Both the position numbers and the translations under genes were made by a program. Below, one piece after another: positions 13,281-27,534 of a stretch of DNA of 64,000 bases (position 1 is its first letter; the number at the start of each line of letters is the position of its first letter). The stretch is from Perna viridis. Lineage: Eukaryota. The stretch is from the NCBI GenBank assembly GCA_037379345.1, contig CM074518.1, positions 38,157,586-38,221,585 on the forward strand. Reading direction: 5' to 3'. The notes beneath the pieces were generated by a model. The model saw nothing but the letters and a program-made list of their open reading frames with translations, had not been told where the DNA came from and searched no databases.

Positions 13281-14943
13281 CTGAAAGTATAAAGAGAGGC
13301 TAGTGTTAGCTTGACGTAAATGAAAAATTTTGCGTGCAAGAAAAATTAACATACACCTCATGGGAATCACTAAAACATTTTAAAAGGGATCTTTTTTTAT
13401 TCAAGAAACACTGCCTCTCTTTTTTATACTTCATAAGCCCTACCCCCCTCCCTTTTTTCATTTATTCCACACCTTTCCTCCTGCTCGTGTTCCTAGTTTT
13501 AGTGAAACCCTGAGACCAATGAACACTGCAGTACTTAATGTTTATACAATCATGCCAGGGTTATTTCATGCATATCTGTATCCATCTAGTATTTTGTCAT
13601 GCTAAAAATTTCGTTTTTCCCAATAAATCAGATTGATTATAGAATACCTTCAGGCTAATGAAAATCGAAGTTTGCTATATCTCCATTAAACAAACTTCGA
13701 TTAGATGCTCCTTGCATAATACTACTGGTTTGCTTATGTCTCATATTTTGCAAATAAGAATCAACACTCAAATCAACTTTCGATCTCTTTTCACCTACAA
13801 TTTTTTTTTCTAATTGTTCTCTGAACAGCATTCCAACTCACTTCTATAAAACAGCATTGTACCAAATTATCTCCTTTTTAAACCAACCAGAATTACAAAA
13901 AATCAGTGACATTATTTAACATAATAACAAGATTTATTCAAGGACCTTTGTGAAGATATCTTAATTCAAAACGAATATCTAGGCCTATCTTTTCAGCTTT
14001 GTTCTATTCTGATGTTATCAACACAAATCTATTTTCAAAGAAGTTACAGATGTTTGAATATACTGTTTAATGAATTCTTCACTATCTAGTACATATTTAA
14101 TGATGATTTCCATATAATTTATTGATGACATGTCAGGCTTCAACTCTAACAGTCGTCTGGTAGTCCTGTGCCTACCTAATTTGTAAGAGGACTACCTTAA
14201 AATATCAACGGGCAGTCCTTTGGGCTAGCCCAATTAGTTCTTAAAATTTCATTAGTCCAAAGAACAGGACCACAAAATAATTTAGAGGACTCCCTAATTA
14301 TCTATCACATAGTCCTGTGGGCAATCTATCATGAAAAGTTAGTCTCAAAGCCTGCATATTATACCTACTGGAAGACTCGAAAGCTATGGTACCCTTCCAC
14401 CTGCTAAATAGTCCATGATATTCAAAGCAAACAAAGCCTACGTCCAGTGACCAGTCAAACGAATCGATCTACTTTGAAACCATTTGTATAAAAATTAAAT
14501 CTTTAAAAGCTAAATCAACAATTAACATGTCATAGATATTTATTCTGTTTCAAGTATTGCAACATATACATATGGAAAACAGTCAATAATAACTGATGCA
14601 TGTGACAAGGTGCTAACGGAACATGGCATTGATTCTGCTAGAGCTTTCAGGTATTTTACTTCCTAAAAAAACGTGCAAGTCGTGGACCAAGCAACAAAAT
14701 AAACATTGAAATTTTGAACACCAATAAAATAATTGAAAGACTTGATACAATACCTCCCCTCTACATGCACTTATTTTGTACATTTGTATATATATCAATC
14801 TGGAATGTAAACAATGTTCATAGTCAACCTATCCCATGTACAGGAAGTACCAGAATGTCAATTTTTGTGTTGCTTAAAGATATTGGTAGATTTGGAACAT
14901 TCAATGTAATAGCCTTTGGAGTGATGCTAACTGAAGTTATGCT

Positions 14944-15446
14944 TTAAAATGGAAATTTCCCAATTGATCTTCTATCGTCCATTTTCATGTACCCATAGTC
15001 CGAGAAAGAGTTTCTAATGCCTTTATCAATGGCAACAACACACTCCCTCCACATCTGAGGGTAAAGAGAATTATTCCCTACAGGATAATATGCAAACACT
15101 ATTTTTTCAATTTTATCTAGTTTGGCCCCATCTAAAGGTAGCTTGCCTCTGCGACCAAAACAGTTGTGATCCTTCAATTCTGAATCAGTAAAGAAATGCC
15201 TAACCAGTCTCCAAGCAAAGTTCTGTCGTGACACCGCAGAAGCCAAAATTTCTTCAATAGTCTCCTGCTCTTCCACAGGCACACATTCAGGCCTGTTTTC
15301 AAAGTTAATAACTTTGATAGGAATAGCATCTTCAATATAAGGAAAAGTCTCCATATTATCACCTCCCATGACAGTTTTTCCATCTTTAGCAGCCACAACC
15401 TTGAACTTGGGATGATCATGTTTGTTTTGCCTGTTACCATGGTAAC
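14944..15446 (-). CDS. Gene A alternative terminal exon A2, BEN domain
   Basis: Acceptor tgctgttgcag|GT, phase 1; SRQNFAWRLVRHFFTDSELKDHNCFGRRGKLPLDGAKLDKIEKIVFAYYP...WRECVVAIDKGIRN is a typical BEN domain. Confidence 0.87.
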
Positions 15447-16674
15447 CTGCAACAGCACACAACAAAATGATCATCCTTAGTTTACAAGCTGAGTTTGTTT
15501 CAGGTACAAATGTATTTCACAAAATCAATGTCTTTTTTTTTCAGTATTTTTTACAATTAAGAACATGGCTATTAAGGCATGTTATTTAAGATTTTTGGAT
15601 ATTTATGTAAATCTTGAGCAAGTATCAAATTTCCATGACATATGAACAGTAGCCAACACACTGAACCAGATTAGACACACCACCATGAACTATGACTAAA
15701 TAGAACAGACATTCTATGCCAGAAACCCAAACTCAACCTCAGCATTGATACTTTGCAACACCCTCCCCCTTTTATTTTTCTCTACAGAATTACCCAGTGT
15801 TTGGTACGTGTATAATTCTAAGTCAAAAATCTGTGCTAATCCATTTCCAACATGCAAATTTTCTTTATTTACTCAGAAGACATGACATCAAGAACTCTTT
15901 ATATATTACACCTACCTGCATGAATATTGCTAAATATACATGTGTGTCACATCAGCTAGCATCAAAGTCACATTTGTTAATTTGGATATTAATTACCAGT
16001 ATATTGAAGATTGAGAAAACAAATGCTTTTCATTAGGCTTAGAAAATACTTAAGGCTGTGGTAGTAAATCACACATCAAAATTAATTTGAAAGCTTTTTA
16101 TTGATTCGGTTGTAAGTTTAAAAATTAGTTATGAGGTATTTTTAGTTGTTACCATGGGAAAACAATGACCCACATACTTATTTATAGCAATATTCGTCTG
16201 TTCTTCAGCATACGTCTGCATTCAATGTTGATTCTTTTTTTTTTATTTTCAACAAACAGGAAGTTATCTACATATACCATGTACTTACACATCATCAAAG
16301 CATTCCTTTTTAAAAATAAGGACAGTTAGAATCTTTCTGTATTGATTCATTCATCTCCGCAAGGCACAAAATTTGAATCTTAAGTTACTCAAAAATCACC
16401 CACTTCATTTTTACGGCAAAACAATCTATACTTCTTTTTTCAAAGATGTTTAATAATAACAGAAATGTTTATACAAGAACATAGAAAGTAATTTGCATAA
16501 TTTTGAATATACATGTATATTACATACGGTTCAGCTTTTTTCTGTATGAACAAAATATACAAGTACAACATTACAACATGTATATGTTAATAATATAACA
16601 TCCACTACAGGCTCTTAGTGATAGATAAATGTACATGTACATGTATGTGTCTTTTCTGATTCCAAAAGTGTAGT

Positions 16675-17285
16675 TTAATTGGAATCTTCCTGAACTTTAG
16701 ACTTAGCCTTAACTACAGGTCTCCTGAGGCTTTCATTTATTTTTGTAATTGCATTTAATTTCCACAATTCTATATTTTTCAGTTCTGGATGGAAGTATGT
16801 GACATATCTCTTGATGTAACCTTTCCTAGCAGGATCAAGGGCATGTTTGTGCTTTGGACCCCCACCAAAATATGAATAATGAATTCTCTGCCCATCTGGA
16901 CCATATAACTCTGGAAATAACCTCTCAGTAATTTTTTTGGCAAAGTTACCCGAGCCTATGCTCTGTTTATGTATTTCAACTAGGTCAGGAAGAGATATGT
17001 AAGATTCTTGAGGAATGTCTTTGAAAGGATCCCCCTTAGTTTCACTTAGCAACTTGTGATAGTCGACAACATTCCATCTTGTCCTCTCGCTAGTATTGCG
17101 TGTTTGCTGATCATGAAATCTCTCTATATTTTTCACACGTAAATAATTTATTCCAACATTTTCAGAGCTCTCCATATCATTATCATAGGGAACTTGTTCC
17201 ACATGATCATTTTCAGTATTTTGTACAACAACATAATCAGCTCTTTTTTCTATTATTCCAGTGCTTTGCAAGTCACCAATGTCAT
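16675..17285 (-). CDS. Gene A alternative terminal exon A1, BEN domain
   Basis: Acceptor atgtcatttcag|AT, phase 1; GNFAKKITERLFPELYG...ALDPARKGYIKRYVTYFHP...WKLNAITKINESLRR. Confidence 0.82.
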
Positions 17286-19942
17286 CTGAAATGACATAAA
17301 AAGCTGCTTTCAGAGAATTTTCATGAGGCCATTTGTAAACAAAATAAAATGTTTGACAGATTATGTGTCAGTGCTTTGGAATTTCAGTTTTCTTCTATAG
17401 ATTTCATTTTTTTTATTTACGGGAAAATTCATAATCGCTGATTTCTGTTTTCAAGCTAAACTGTCATGTGACCTGTCAAAAATTTCACAAGTCTTGGGCA
17501 CTTAGTTTAAATGATTTCCTCCGGGAATTACAATTCTGCACTTGCAGATGAACACAATTTTTCTGCAAACGAAAGTCTAATAAATGACAGTGATTAGGAT
17601 TAGAATTCAGAAAATGGGCCATTTTAATGATCTTCAGAATTCCAATGGGCCAATCTTTGAAAAAGCATTTCATTTCAGTGGGACATTTTCAGATGGAATG
17701 TGATCAATGATGCATGGACACCTCTAATCCCAATCACTGCAAGTGACAAAAAAATAGACGAAAAGAAAAGCACTGCATCTTCTTATTTGTCACTAAACAA
17801 TGACAGCAACTTGCAAAGCACTGTACTTCATGGTGTTTTGGTAGATAACTTCCTGTAGTTAAAATTGGCAAAAAAATGTTAATATCCTGAGCGTTTATCT
17901 TCCAACAAACCAATCTATGATTTGATCTTTACCAGACTGTTGAGAGTTAGAAGACAGAGCTTATTCCATCAACATTTTAGCTAAGTGTGGTTCATATAAT
18001 ATACATGTATATAGCAAAACTGTTTCATTAAAAAAAAGAACTTTTTCACTCCTATTGTCAAATGAAATAAGATATAAAATATATACAGATTTTTTTACAT
18101 ATCTTTCAGTGAAAATTTCAATAGTAAGTTGAATTTAATGAAACAGCCTTTCTTAAAATGACACTAATGTGATATACATTGCTATGACATGGTACAATGT
18201 TTATTTCTATTCTGCTCTTTGACTTTATCTTAAAATAAAATTTTCTACTTAAAATTTATTTCTCATTATAACATACCACAAACTATTTTTTGAGGTTTTT
18301 TTTTTCACTTTCAATCACCTGCCACAATTCACTGAATATAATGGCCTCAGCAAACGAGACCATTGGGTTTCAAAACATGGTACAAGATTTCAAATATCAA
18401 AATTACATCAATAAAGATAAGGGGAGACAAACTGGTCTCTACTAGAGGTGAACCTTATTTTGCATTATTTTTTGGGAAGGTAGTTTCATATTTTTCAAAT
18501 TTGAGCTGAATAGAATAAGTAACATATTATACTAAGTTTATGATCTATAGCAAATCTTGGACATCACTGCCTTTGACCAAGCTTGTAATCAAGGTAAACA
18601 AATACATGAATGTCATAGCAATGTGGAAAATTTCCCTTTCCACTTCCAAAGTGCTCAAAGCAAAAAAAGTTCTGAATTTAAAATTAATTTTAACTTTATT
18701 GGACAACAATTCAAATATATACAATTTTCTACTTAAACAAGTTAAGTTCAAATGTGACATTTACCTTCAGTTCTGAAAAGGGAAATTTATTCTTACACAT
18801 ATTTCAATACAAAGTTCAATTTGCAAGAAAGTATGCATGGACTTTTCAAAATAAAAATCTGCTCAAAAACTTTCTAACAAGATTTGTTCCCCTTATCACA
18901 TTAATCTTGAATTTTACTAAAATTATTATAAAGAAAAAAGTAAATTTTGTTTTTGCATTCAAAAAATGAAAGTCACCCCATGTTCCAAAGTTCAAAGGGG
19001 TGTAACTCACATAAATTCAGTGGACCATAAATTACTGGTAATGTGCACAAAGACTTAGACATGTACCTACAGTTTCATTTGTCAAAATTTAGTCCAGTAG
19101 TTTCTGAGAACCAAACTGGGGAGCAACATAATTCATTTCTAGTGTTTTTTGACAATGCTCTGAACTGAACTTTTTTTAAGTAAAACAAATTCTGACACCA
19201 GTGATATTGTTGGCTTTTCCCCACATCCTTTTTCATTATGAAAATATGCCTCATTCAAGACATTTTTTTAAATCAGAAATTTGGAATAACTGTTCAAAAC
19301 CTTGAGTTTGTAGTTAAAATGATTATCTTCATATAGTATGTCAAGAAAAAGATGTCATAAACATTAAATAAATGTAATTTTGAACAGAAACATCATACAA
19401 GTATCAAACCCTTTGACTACCATTGGGAAATAGTTTATCTTATACGTAGACTATTGGGATAATTTTTTAGCCATTTTTGGACAAATGGTGAAACTTTCAT
19501 CAGGGGCAACATACCTATTTCAGAGCTAATTTAAGGCAACCAATATCACTTGGTATACATGTAGTTGGAAAAAAGCTTTTCAACATAATTTAACAAGATT
19601 TAAAAAAGTAATGCACATAGCAATTTACAGCCCCCAGCAGGTGTAAAAAGAAAATGACAATGGACTAAAACTGTAACCAACAATGACTTATTCAACAATT
19701 TACATGAAGTAAAAAGTGGATCACATAATTTTCCCCCCTAATTGTTCCCTCCCTAAATTTTGAAAAATCCATTTTTCTTCTGTCAGGTTTATTTTATACT
19801 GGAAGTATACACAATCACAGTCACCTTTTCTCTTATGATAAATATCATGAAAGGAAAAAAATAGATAGTGTCACACCCCATATAAAAATAAACTGACATG
19901 TGTAGCGAGGGTAATCAAGGGTAGATAACCATGATAACCTAC

Positions 19943-20223
19943 CTTTGAACTGTCCAATGTACCAGGAATTATTTTGATCATTTCCAGTGGCTTCATTTGA
20001 CATTTCATCCCTTGACCAATCACCAGAGGCCTCTTCCAGCTCTAAATCACTCTCTTCCTCTTGATCCCGCTCTCTTTGATGATCTCCCATTGCCCCCTCA
20101 ACTGGGACATCAACATACATGTCTAACCCAGGATCGGAGGCAGGTTCAATTTTGACCAGACTTAAGTCTGGTGCCATGTCAGTACTGTTAGTTGCTAAGC
20201 CATCATCTAGTTTACTTTTACCC
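19943..20223 (-). CDS. Gene A last constant exon (acidic linker); ends at the shared phase-1 donor
   Basis: Acceptor ttctgtttcag|G (phase 2), donor AAA G|GTAGGT (phase 1); homologous to 49391-49740 (VKIE/VKVE, GLDMxVDxP, GDW). Confidence 0.85.
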
Positions 20224-21599
20224 CTGAAACAGAAAATTGTCATAATTACCCCTTATTGTTACAGCTTTATATTATTCAATCTTGGGTAGTCAGAAGTGAG
20301 AAATAGGATCACTCTTAGTGAAACTAGAACAGAATCAGAAAAATGTCGGGAAGAAAGCCAATTTTACAATTTTTTCTTGTACGAACAGTAAAAATATCAG
20401 AGCAAACTTGCTTATTGCTTATAGTCATGTACGTGTATCATATGCCACAATCTTTCTACATGTATTTTTACCATGACTAGGTGGTGACATTTTATGGTTT
20501 TCTAGGATTATTTTACACAGTCAGCAAAGAAAGCAGAAATTGGCAAAATTGGAAATAAATAAACAGTAAAAAAAAAGAATGGTAACTGTAAAATTCAGAT
20601 TTGAAATAGCAGAATTCTCCTAAAAAGTAGGGAAAAAAATCATCCGTACATTTTAAGCTTTAAGTAAAAAATTTAAACACCGATATATAAATATAAGTTG
20701 TCAGGATTAACTCCTTGAGGCTAGTAGCCACCTGGGCTACTAAATTATAAAATCAATTAGCCCAAAAAAAAAGTTGGTAGCCCAGACTTTTTTAGACAAA
20801 ATTTTGTTATGTAAAAATTCTACATTTTACAAAATACCAAAAGCGGAAATTAATAAGCAATTCTAAATAAGAAACTGACATAGGCTATGAAGGATTATTA
20901 GATATTACCGATAAAATTTAACTAGGGACGCTACTTTTCCAATCAAATGGTAACCAGTTAAAACTCTGACCGCAACTTTTGTTTACAATAATTTTTTTTG
21001 GCAATTTGCCAGCTGAGCTACTAAAATAGAAAAAATGGTCACCCAGGCACATTTCTGGTCGCCATTGGCGAGTGGGCGACCATTAATCTTTTCCCCTGTA
21101 TATATATATATATATATGAATCTTAATACTGAGAGGTGCTTAACAGAAATGTCTGAAACAGAAAAGTGTTAGATTTCAAGCTCATTCAACATGGCTTTGC
21201 TACATGTATATGTATGTAAGTGGAAGAACATTGCATTCTCACAAGAGGGTGTCTGAAATATCCTTAAGTTGCACTTCCCTGTCAAGTTTGATATTATTTC
21301 TAACTACATGTTCATGTAAAATGCTACATGTGTACATAACTGCTTATGACTTAATTTAAATAAGTTTTAAAAGCACTCGACAATTAAGTTGTGGACTGTT
21401 TTCACAACATATGAATAACTAGATCATGTACATAATCCTTAAGCTTCAAAATTAAATTTTAATTTAATCCAATTGAATTGTGTCGATTTAAAAAAAAATC
21501 AGGATATTAACAGCTACTAGAATCATTTCTAAATCCTTCATACAAAAATATGTTTAATGTTATGATTTTAAATGGCTATAACAATAGAATTTAACAAAC

Positions 21600-22765
21600 C
21601 CAGTATCTTTGCCTGAATCTGTGGAAGGTGGTCTATCAATTTCACTTCCTGTAGAGGATGATGGTCTATTGGCTGATGCATCCTGGGACATATTGGCAAC
21701 TTGGGATGCACTTCCTGCTGCAAAAGACTTTTTGTTCTGATTTTGCTGATTGATAGGAGACAAATTGGCTGTTGACATACTAACAGGGAACAAGCCTCTT
21801 TGATCAGGGGGAAGTGGTGACTTTTTGGCAGATTTTTCAACAGAATCTCTATGACCTTCAAACATTGGTTTGTGGTTTGAAGGAGTTGAAGTAGACCCTG
21901 GTAGTACTGAAAGTGGACTGACTGTAATGGATGTGTCTCGTCCTGTGATTGGGACATCATTAGCTATGGTTGGATGAGATGATGAATCGGTGACATTGAC
22001 TACATGTACATCGGTGGATGGGTTGACTTGACTAGATACCGATATGGCTAAACTTTTCTGTACAATGGGCTGTGCCGACTTGTTATTGTCCTTGTCTGAT
22101 GGTTGTGTTTGTAGGATTTCTAATCCATCCTCCACAATTTCTATGACCCCTGATCTCGGTGGAGGACGATGACCTGCTCCCATTCTTGGCACCCTTTCCC
22201 AAGGATCACTTGCTGCTTGATGACCCATATAGCTGTGAGCCATACTTAGAGTGTCGTCTGCTTTCTGACCAAACATAGCAAGGTCAATATTCGGACTAAG
22301 AGGTCTTTGTTGTTGTTGCTGTTGTTGTTGTTGCATTCGTTGACGTTTTCCACCAGGACTGACTGGTCTCATTGAATCAGCTGCTGCACGCTTCATCATT
22401 CTCTCTTGAACAGTTTTTTGAAGGTCTGTTGTTCTTACATGACGGAATTCTAATAGATCAGCTGATGAATACTTATACTGTGTGTTTACATATGCATGTA
22501 CACCTGTTTTTTTCTGTAAACAATTGTAGAAGTCTATACAACACTTTGTAACATTATCAACTTGTAAAAGCCTTGCAACTTTCTCAATGTCCTTTACATT
22601 TTCTTCTGTTAACATCATAAAGCCTTCGTACAAGTACTGTAAGAATGAATTGACTGCTTCCTGCTTTATGTCAGCTGCCAACCTGACTTCCAGATGTGAT
22701 CCTACAGCAGCATTATCCATAGACTGTAGCATGGGACAAGCTGCAACCAACACCACTCTATGGGC
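21600..22765 (-). CDS. Gene A constant exon: BTB/POZ C-terminal part and a long low-complexity linker with polyQ
   Basis: Acceptor ttttcag|GCC CAT (AHRVVLVAAC...FLQYLYEG...VARLLQVDNVTKCC); donor GG|GTTTGT, phase 2, matches the next exon. Confidence 0.92.
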
Positions 22766-23160
22766 CTGAAAATAAAGGAAGAAAATGGCTTGATTAAACA
22801 TGTCAAATGCTTTAAACACCACCAATTACTGTTGTTGCACCAGCCATCAAAATCAGCTTTGTTGTAAAATTCTTCTATGATCCATTTATTATATGTAATA
22901 CTGTCTCAACTCAGTTTTTGAAGATAACCTACATGTAGTGTCTACAGACACTGCCACCTATGACATCAGTGCTACATGTGTACTATAAAACAAAATATTT
23001 TTAACCATTTCCGAAAGAAGAGAAGAATGTGCAATTTAGTACAAGATTCAGATATGAAAAATTTTTGACATTTATTTAATGATCTTGAGTCTATGCTTTA
23101 ATTTTCAGCAGGTGTGTGCCAAAGGCATTTTAAACTACTAGTTCCCATGAACATTTTTAC

Positions 23161-23289
23161 CTTAGTAGTTACATTTCCAGTCTTAATTAAGGCATCACAT
23201 AACATCTGAGATCTCCACATCTGAGCTAACTGTCCAAGTAAGGAACTCGAGTGGATCTGGTTCATATAAACTTTTTGATACTGATTCAT
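23161..23289 (-). CDS. Gene A first coding exon, BTB/POZ N-terminus
   Basis: MNQYQKVYMNQIHSSSLLGQLAQMWRSQMLCDALIKTGNVTTK; acceptor 7 nt before the ATG (exon starts at 23296); donor AAG|GTAAAA, phase 0. Confidence 0.92.
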
Positions 23290-23866
23290 TGTTGCTCTGA
23301 AAAAAAAAAATCAAAAGATTGGTGGAATGTTGTTAAAGTGTAATCACACAGTGTGCAGTCTTCACAATAAATCAGTCATTCTCCTTTGAAAAGTGGAGTA
23401 TAAATAGGGTAGTACTAGAGTGGCATTCTTTCCTACATGTATCTTACTCTCAAGATCACCTGTCGCCCATGTTTATTGGCCTAGCAGATTGCTGCCTTGA
23501 ATTCATATTTTATCCCTTAAAATGGATGTACAGTCAAACCTCGGTAGCTCTAACTCCAAGGGACCATTGAAAAGTGTTTGAGTTATCAGGAGTTCGAGAA
23601 ATTAAAGTTCGAATATTTCCAGATATTTTGGCTGCCAGTCCAAGTTGACTGTCGTTAGAAATTGCTTACTTCCTTTAAAGTTCAGTTAGTTCAAGTATCT
23701 TTTTTATTCGCTTTCAGAAGATTATGTTGACTTGTTGACATTAAAAATGCTGTGTTTAGCTTTAAAGATGTACGAGTTCCTTGGTCAATAATTTGTTTTC
23801 ATCTGATCAGAGTTAGAAATAGTAGCCTGCCTGAGTCTGGCTACTTTTTGACAGGGCTGGCAAATA

Positions 23867-23975
23867 TTTAGGAAGGCGATTTTCGGCCATCTATATCGAT
23901 ATGAAAAACAGGAGCGGATTTATGTAATTCATGTTGGGTGCTTAATACATGTGTAATTAAAAGGTCGAGCGAAAA
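23867..23975 (+). repeat. Short dispersed repeat (second copy ~27318-27440)
   Basis: ggcgattttcg(g/a)ccatctatatcgatat...gttgggtgcttaatacatgtgtaattaaaaggtcgagcgaa occurs twice. Confidence 0.7.
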
Positions 23976-24258
23976 ATCTATATAGCCATACAGTAAATAT
24001 ATTGAAAAATTGTATTCAGGACTGGCTAGAACTTGAGTGAGTTTCCTACCCTGATCTGATTTACTTTCTCGAACTTCAATCAGTATTATGTTAAGATCAA
24101 AATAAGTGATGACATATATTACCTGCAATTAACCAAAATGACATTGATTAATGATAGGGTTTCAGTTTTTCTCACCTTTTATTACCCAGGCTGACAAAAT
24201 GGCTGACAACTTCTTGTTAGCGAGGGTTATTCTGTAAGATTTATTGCTGAAAGGACCA

Positions 24259-24900
24259 ACTATACTCGGCGTCACATAAATAACATACTGTTAAAATTTG
24301 AATAAAAATATTTTCTACGACTTAACTGACACCTACCAACGTGTAAATTGTCTTAAATGACTTGCTCATTCATTAAGCCAAACAGCTTCTCCCTAAACAA
24401 GTCGCTTATTAGCTTAAATCATGCATAACAAATCCTTACGGGCAAATCCCATACTAATATCCGCCATGTTGGTTTCTATGGGACGATTTGTTTACAAACA
24501 AAGTTCATAAGTTCCCATCAAACTCCGGTGACAATCGTCTGCTTGATCAACTTCTCAGTATTGTACGTTGTTCGCGTAAAATAAATCTGAGATATCCGAA
24601 ATAATGCCGAAATGCATTCTGGGTTCTTCGGTTTTTGGACAAACCATTTAAATGTAAACAACATCTCCTAGCGATCCGATCACTGTAAACATGGCCGACT
24701 TTTTACAATGTAAATATTGGCACCGAGAATTAAAATCTGACCGGAATTTAACGATTCAATGTTTAGGGAGAAGCAGTTTGGCTAAACGAATGAGCAAGTC
24801 AATTAAGACAATTTAAAAGACGGTAGGTGTCAATAAAGTCGCAGAAAATATTTTTATTCAAATTTTAACAGTATGTCATTTATGTGACGCCGAGTATAGT
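24259..24900. promoter_or_regulatory. ~141-bp inverted repeat around a CpG-rich core; likely promoter and non-coding exon 1 of gene A, mirrored on the plus strand
   Basis: Arms 24259-24399 and 24760-24900; each has an outward-facing G|GTAGGT donor (24337 minus, 24822 plus); YY1-like AACATGGC at 24470-24461 (-) and 24688-24696 (+). Confidence 0.65.
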
Positions 24901-27534
24901 CAGTTGGTTTAATCCTGATTTGCCCACATTTAATTATACCAATTACCAAATAGTTAAAAAAACAAAAAAGACAAAGGGTTTACTGACCATAAAATTTTAT
25001 AGTCTGTTCGAGTGTTCAAGAAATCAAAGATTATTTATATTGATTATATAGGAGAAAAATTTGGTACTTTGAATTGTGTTTGAGAAATCCTGTGTGTTCG
25101 AGCCATCTGAGTTCCAGTGAGTGAACTTCAACTGTACATGTATGTACATTTGTATATATGCATGTACATGTAGTTGTGCATAAAGGTAACATGCAAAAAA
25201 TTTTTCATGAAGTCACTGCTGTATGAACTGAACATGCACACAAGACTCATTAAATTGACTTCCTAAAATATTAATTACATGTATGTATGGGTACATGTAA
25301 GAAATATGTGTATTTACATCAAGTTCTTCCTTGTACATGTACGTGTACAAATAAACATGTATGCAAAAGACCATAAAAAAATGTTTCTACACCTGAAGTT
25401 ACACTATAGAATGATGTTACGGTTGGTTGGTCAGCTGTTTACACATTTGTTGTTAAACTGAAATTGAAAACTTAAATACAATTCATATATTGTATATACA
25501 TGTTTTTAATTTGTTTTCACATAGCGATCTTTAAGTCTTGATTTGATTGATGAATTAAGGTTTCAAGTAGTGGTACACCAATCATCCGGAACATCGAGTT
25601 TGGGTCGATAGGGAAGCTTCAATTCAACGATCGATTTCAAGAAATCAAGATTGATTTTTTTGTGTCTTAAAGTTAAAAATATGAAGATTTTGTCTTTATC
25701 CTTCTTTTTGAAGTCATCTTTTCTCTTGTCTGACCAGACTATTTATCTTCTTTTTGACAGACAATTTGTTCTATTCTTAACTGTAACATTTGACGATTCT
25801 ATTTGTTGTCTGTCGGGCGCTGTTAGACAGGACACAAGTCAACATGTGGCTTTATTGATGATGATTTAGCACTTTTACATAAAATATAATAAAATCCACA
25901 CTAGGTAATTTGAATCCTCGAGTAGTCTGTTTAAACAAGTATTACTCCTACCATGTATTAGGAGCGTGTCTATGTAAAAGACAGCAGGGTGGGAGAAAGG
26001 TGATAGGGTGGCCTGCCCTTCTAAAATGTTCTGAGGGAAATCTTAACTACGTGACTGAACACCTGAACAACAGACACTATGAAAATAGACACATTTGAAG
26101 CTTGAAACCCTGTCCCACTGACAGAAATAGACAAAAAGTCTGTTAGTCAGAAAAAAATTAAGGTCAAATTGGGGCTTTTGTCAGACAAGTTGGAAATATA
26201 TAAGGTTTCAATGCCCCTTTTTCGAATTCAGCATAAAAGGATTTCCAGCCGGGAATGCATGGTCTCAACTGTATCTAGACTCTTGTTCTATTGTTCAATC
26301 ATTATTTTCCCTTAAACCCTGGTACTTTTTTTATATTACTAAAATACTGAATTTTAGTGGGTACCACTATCATTTTCAAAATCATAAAGGAGACAATCAA
26401 AGGCAGGCAAGCAGGCCAGCAGCCTCGACGTAGCTACATGAACTATCCCCCCTTTTATTCTGAAAATTTAAACATTCACGATATACATATTGTCATGGAC
26501 AATAAGCATTTACTATTGTGAAATACGTGTGGACACAAAAGGAACAAGCTTGAATATTCTTCGTGCACATGCACTGGACAGCGCAAACAAAGGAAGTGCC
26601 CGGATAGTTGGCTGCACATGTAAACACATCGGGTCAACTTCGGTAATTTTAGCCCATGCTATAACAATTCACATGCCATGGATGACTACTTACGATTTAT
26701 TCTACAGTATGAGATAGTTTATAAACTTAATGATGAAGATGATAATTCGGCAACGCAGATTTAATGAGTTGTGGCCATTTTCCCCTCTTAGTAGAACTGT
26801 TCGCACTGACTCGCAATCGATTGGTCCAAGGTCTCCTTTGTCGGCGGGCACCTGCGCAGGGCTCATGCGCATCAAGGGATTATGTTAATTTTGGGCTTTG
26901 ATTGGGGCAAAACAATCCTTATTTCACACTTTATCCAGTATTATAAGTACTTAAAGGAGTTCTATCACTTTTATTCTAATATATTATTATGGAAAATGAA
27001 CTTTGACCCCAACTTAGTTTCAATTTGAAATTGAAAATACACAAATCGATTAATGAACCCCGACATCAGAAGTTACTGATGTCATTTGTGATGTCCATGT
27101 TTGGGTTCCACCTACCACGTGATATCCAACTATCCACTTCGGTCCAATATATTGTGAGGTCTCATATGGGGAATTCTTCATTGAATGAATCCTGCACATG
27201 AAAAACGGCTTTACATTAAACTAATAATGTAAGCTGTAATCTACATGGGATTATCATAGCACAGAACTGTCATTATGGAATTCATAAATTTAAACTTAGG
27301 AAGTGGAATATATTGGGAGGGAGGCGATTTTCGACCATCTATATCGATATTACTCATAATAAAAAGCATGAAAAACAGGTGCGGATTTATATAATTTATG
27401 TTGGGTGCTTAATACATGTGTAATTAAAAGGTCGAGCGAAAGGAGTCGAGACAAATTTTTGGAATAGAATTTGAGGAAAATCACAATTTCATGCAAAAAA
27501 AATCCCCAACTTAAGGCGGGGTATGATCGGCTCC

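Noticed and set aside
21560-22825. ORF-track starts and ends of the BTB ORFs (also 47648-48883) as single-exon genes
   Set aside because: The ORF ends run into introns; the true boundaries follow from splice sites conserved between the paralogs.
19943-23289. Assigning gene symbols such as mod(mdg4), lola or NACC
   Set aside because: Only the architecture is analogous; orthology cannot be established from the sequence alone.
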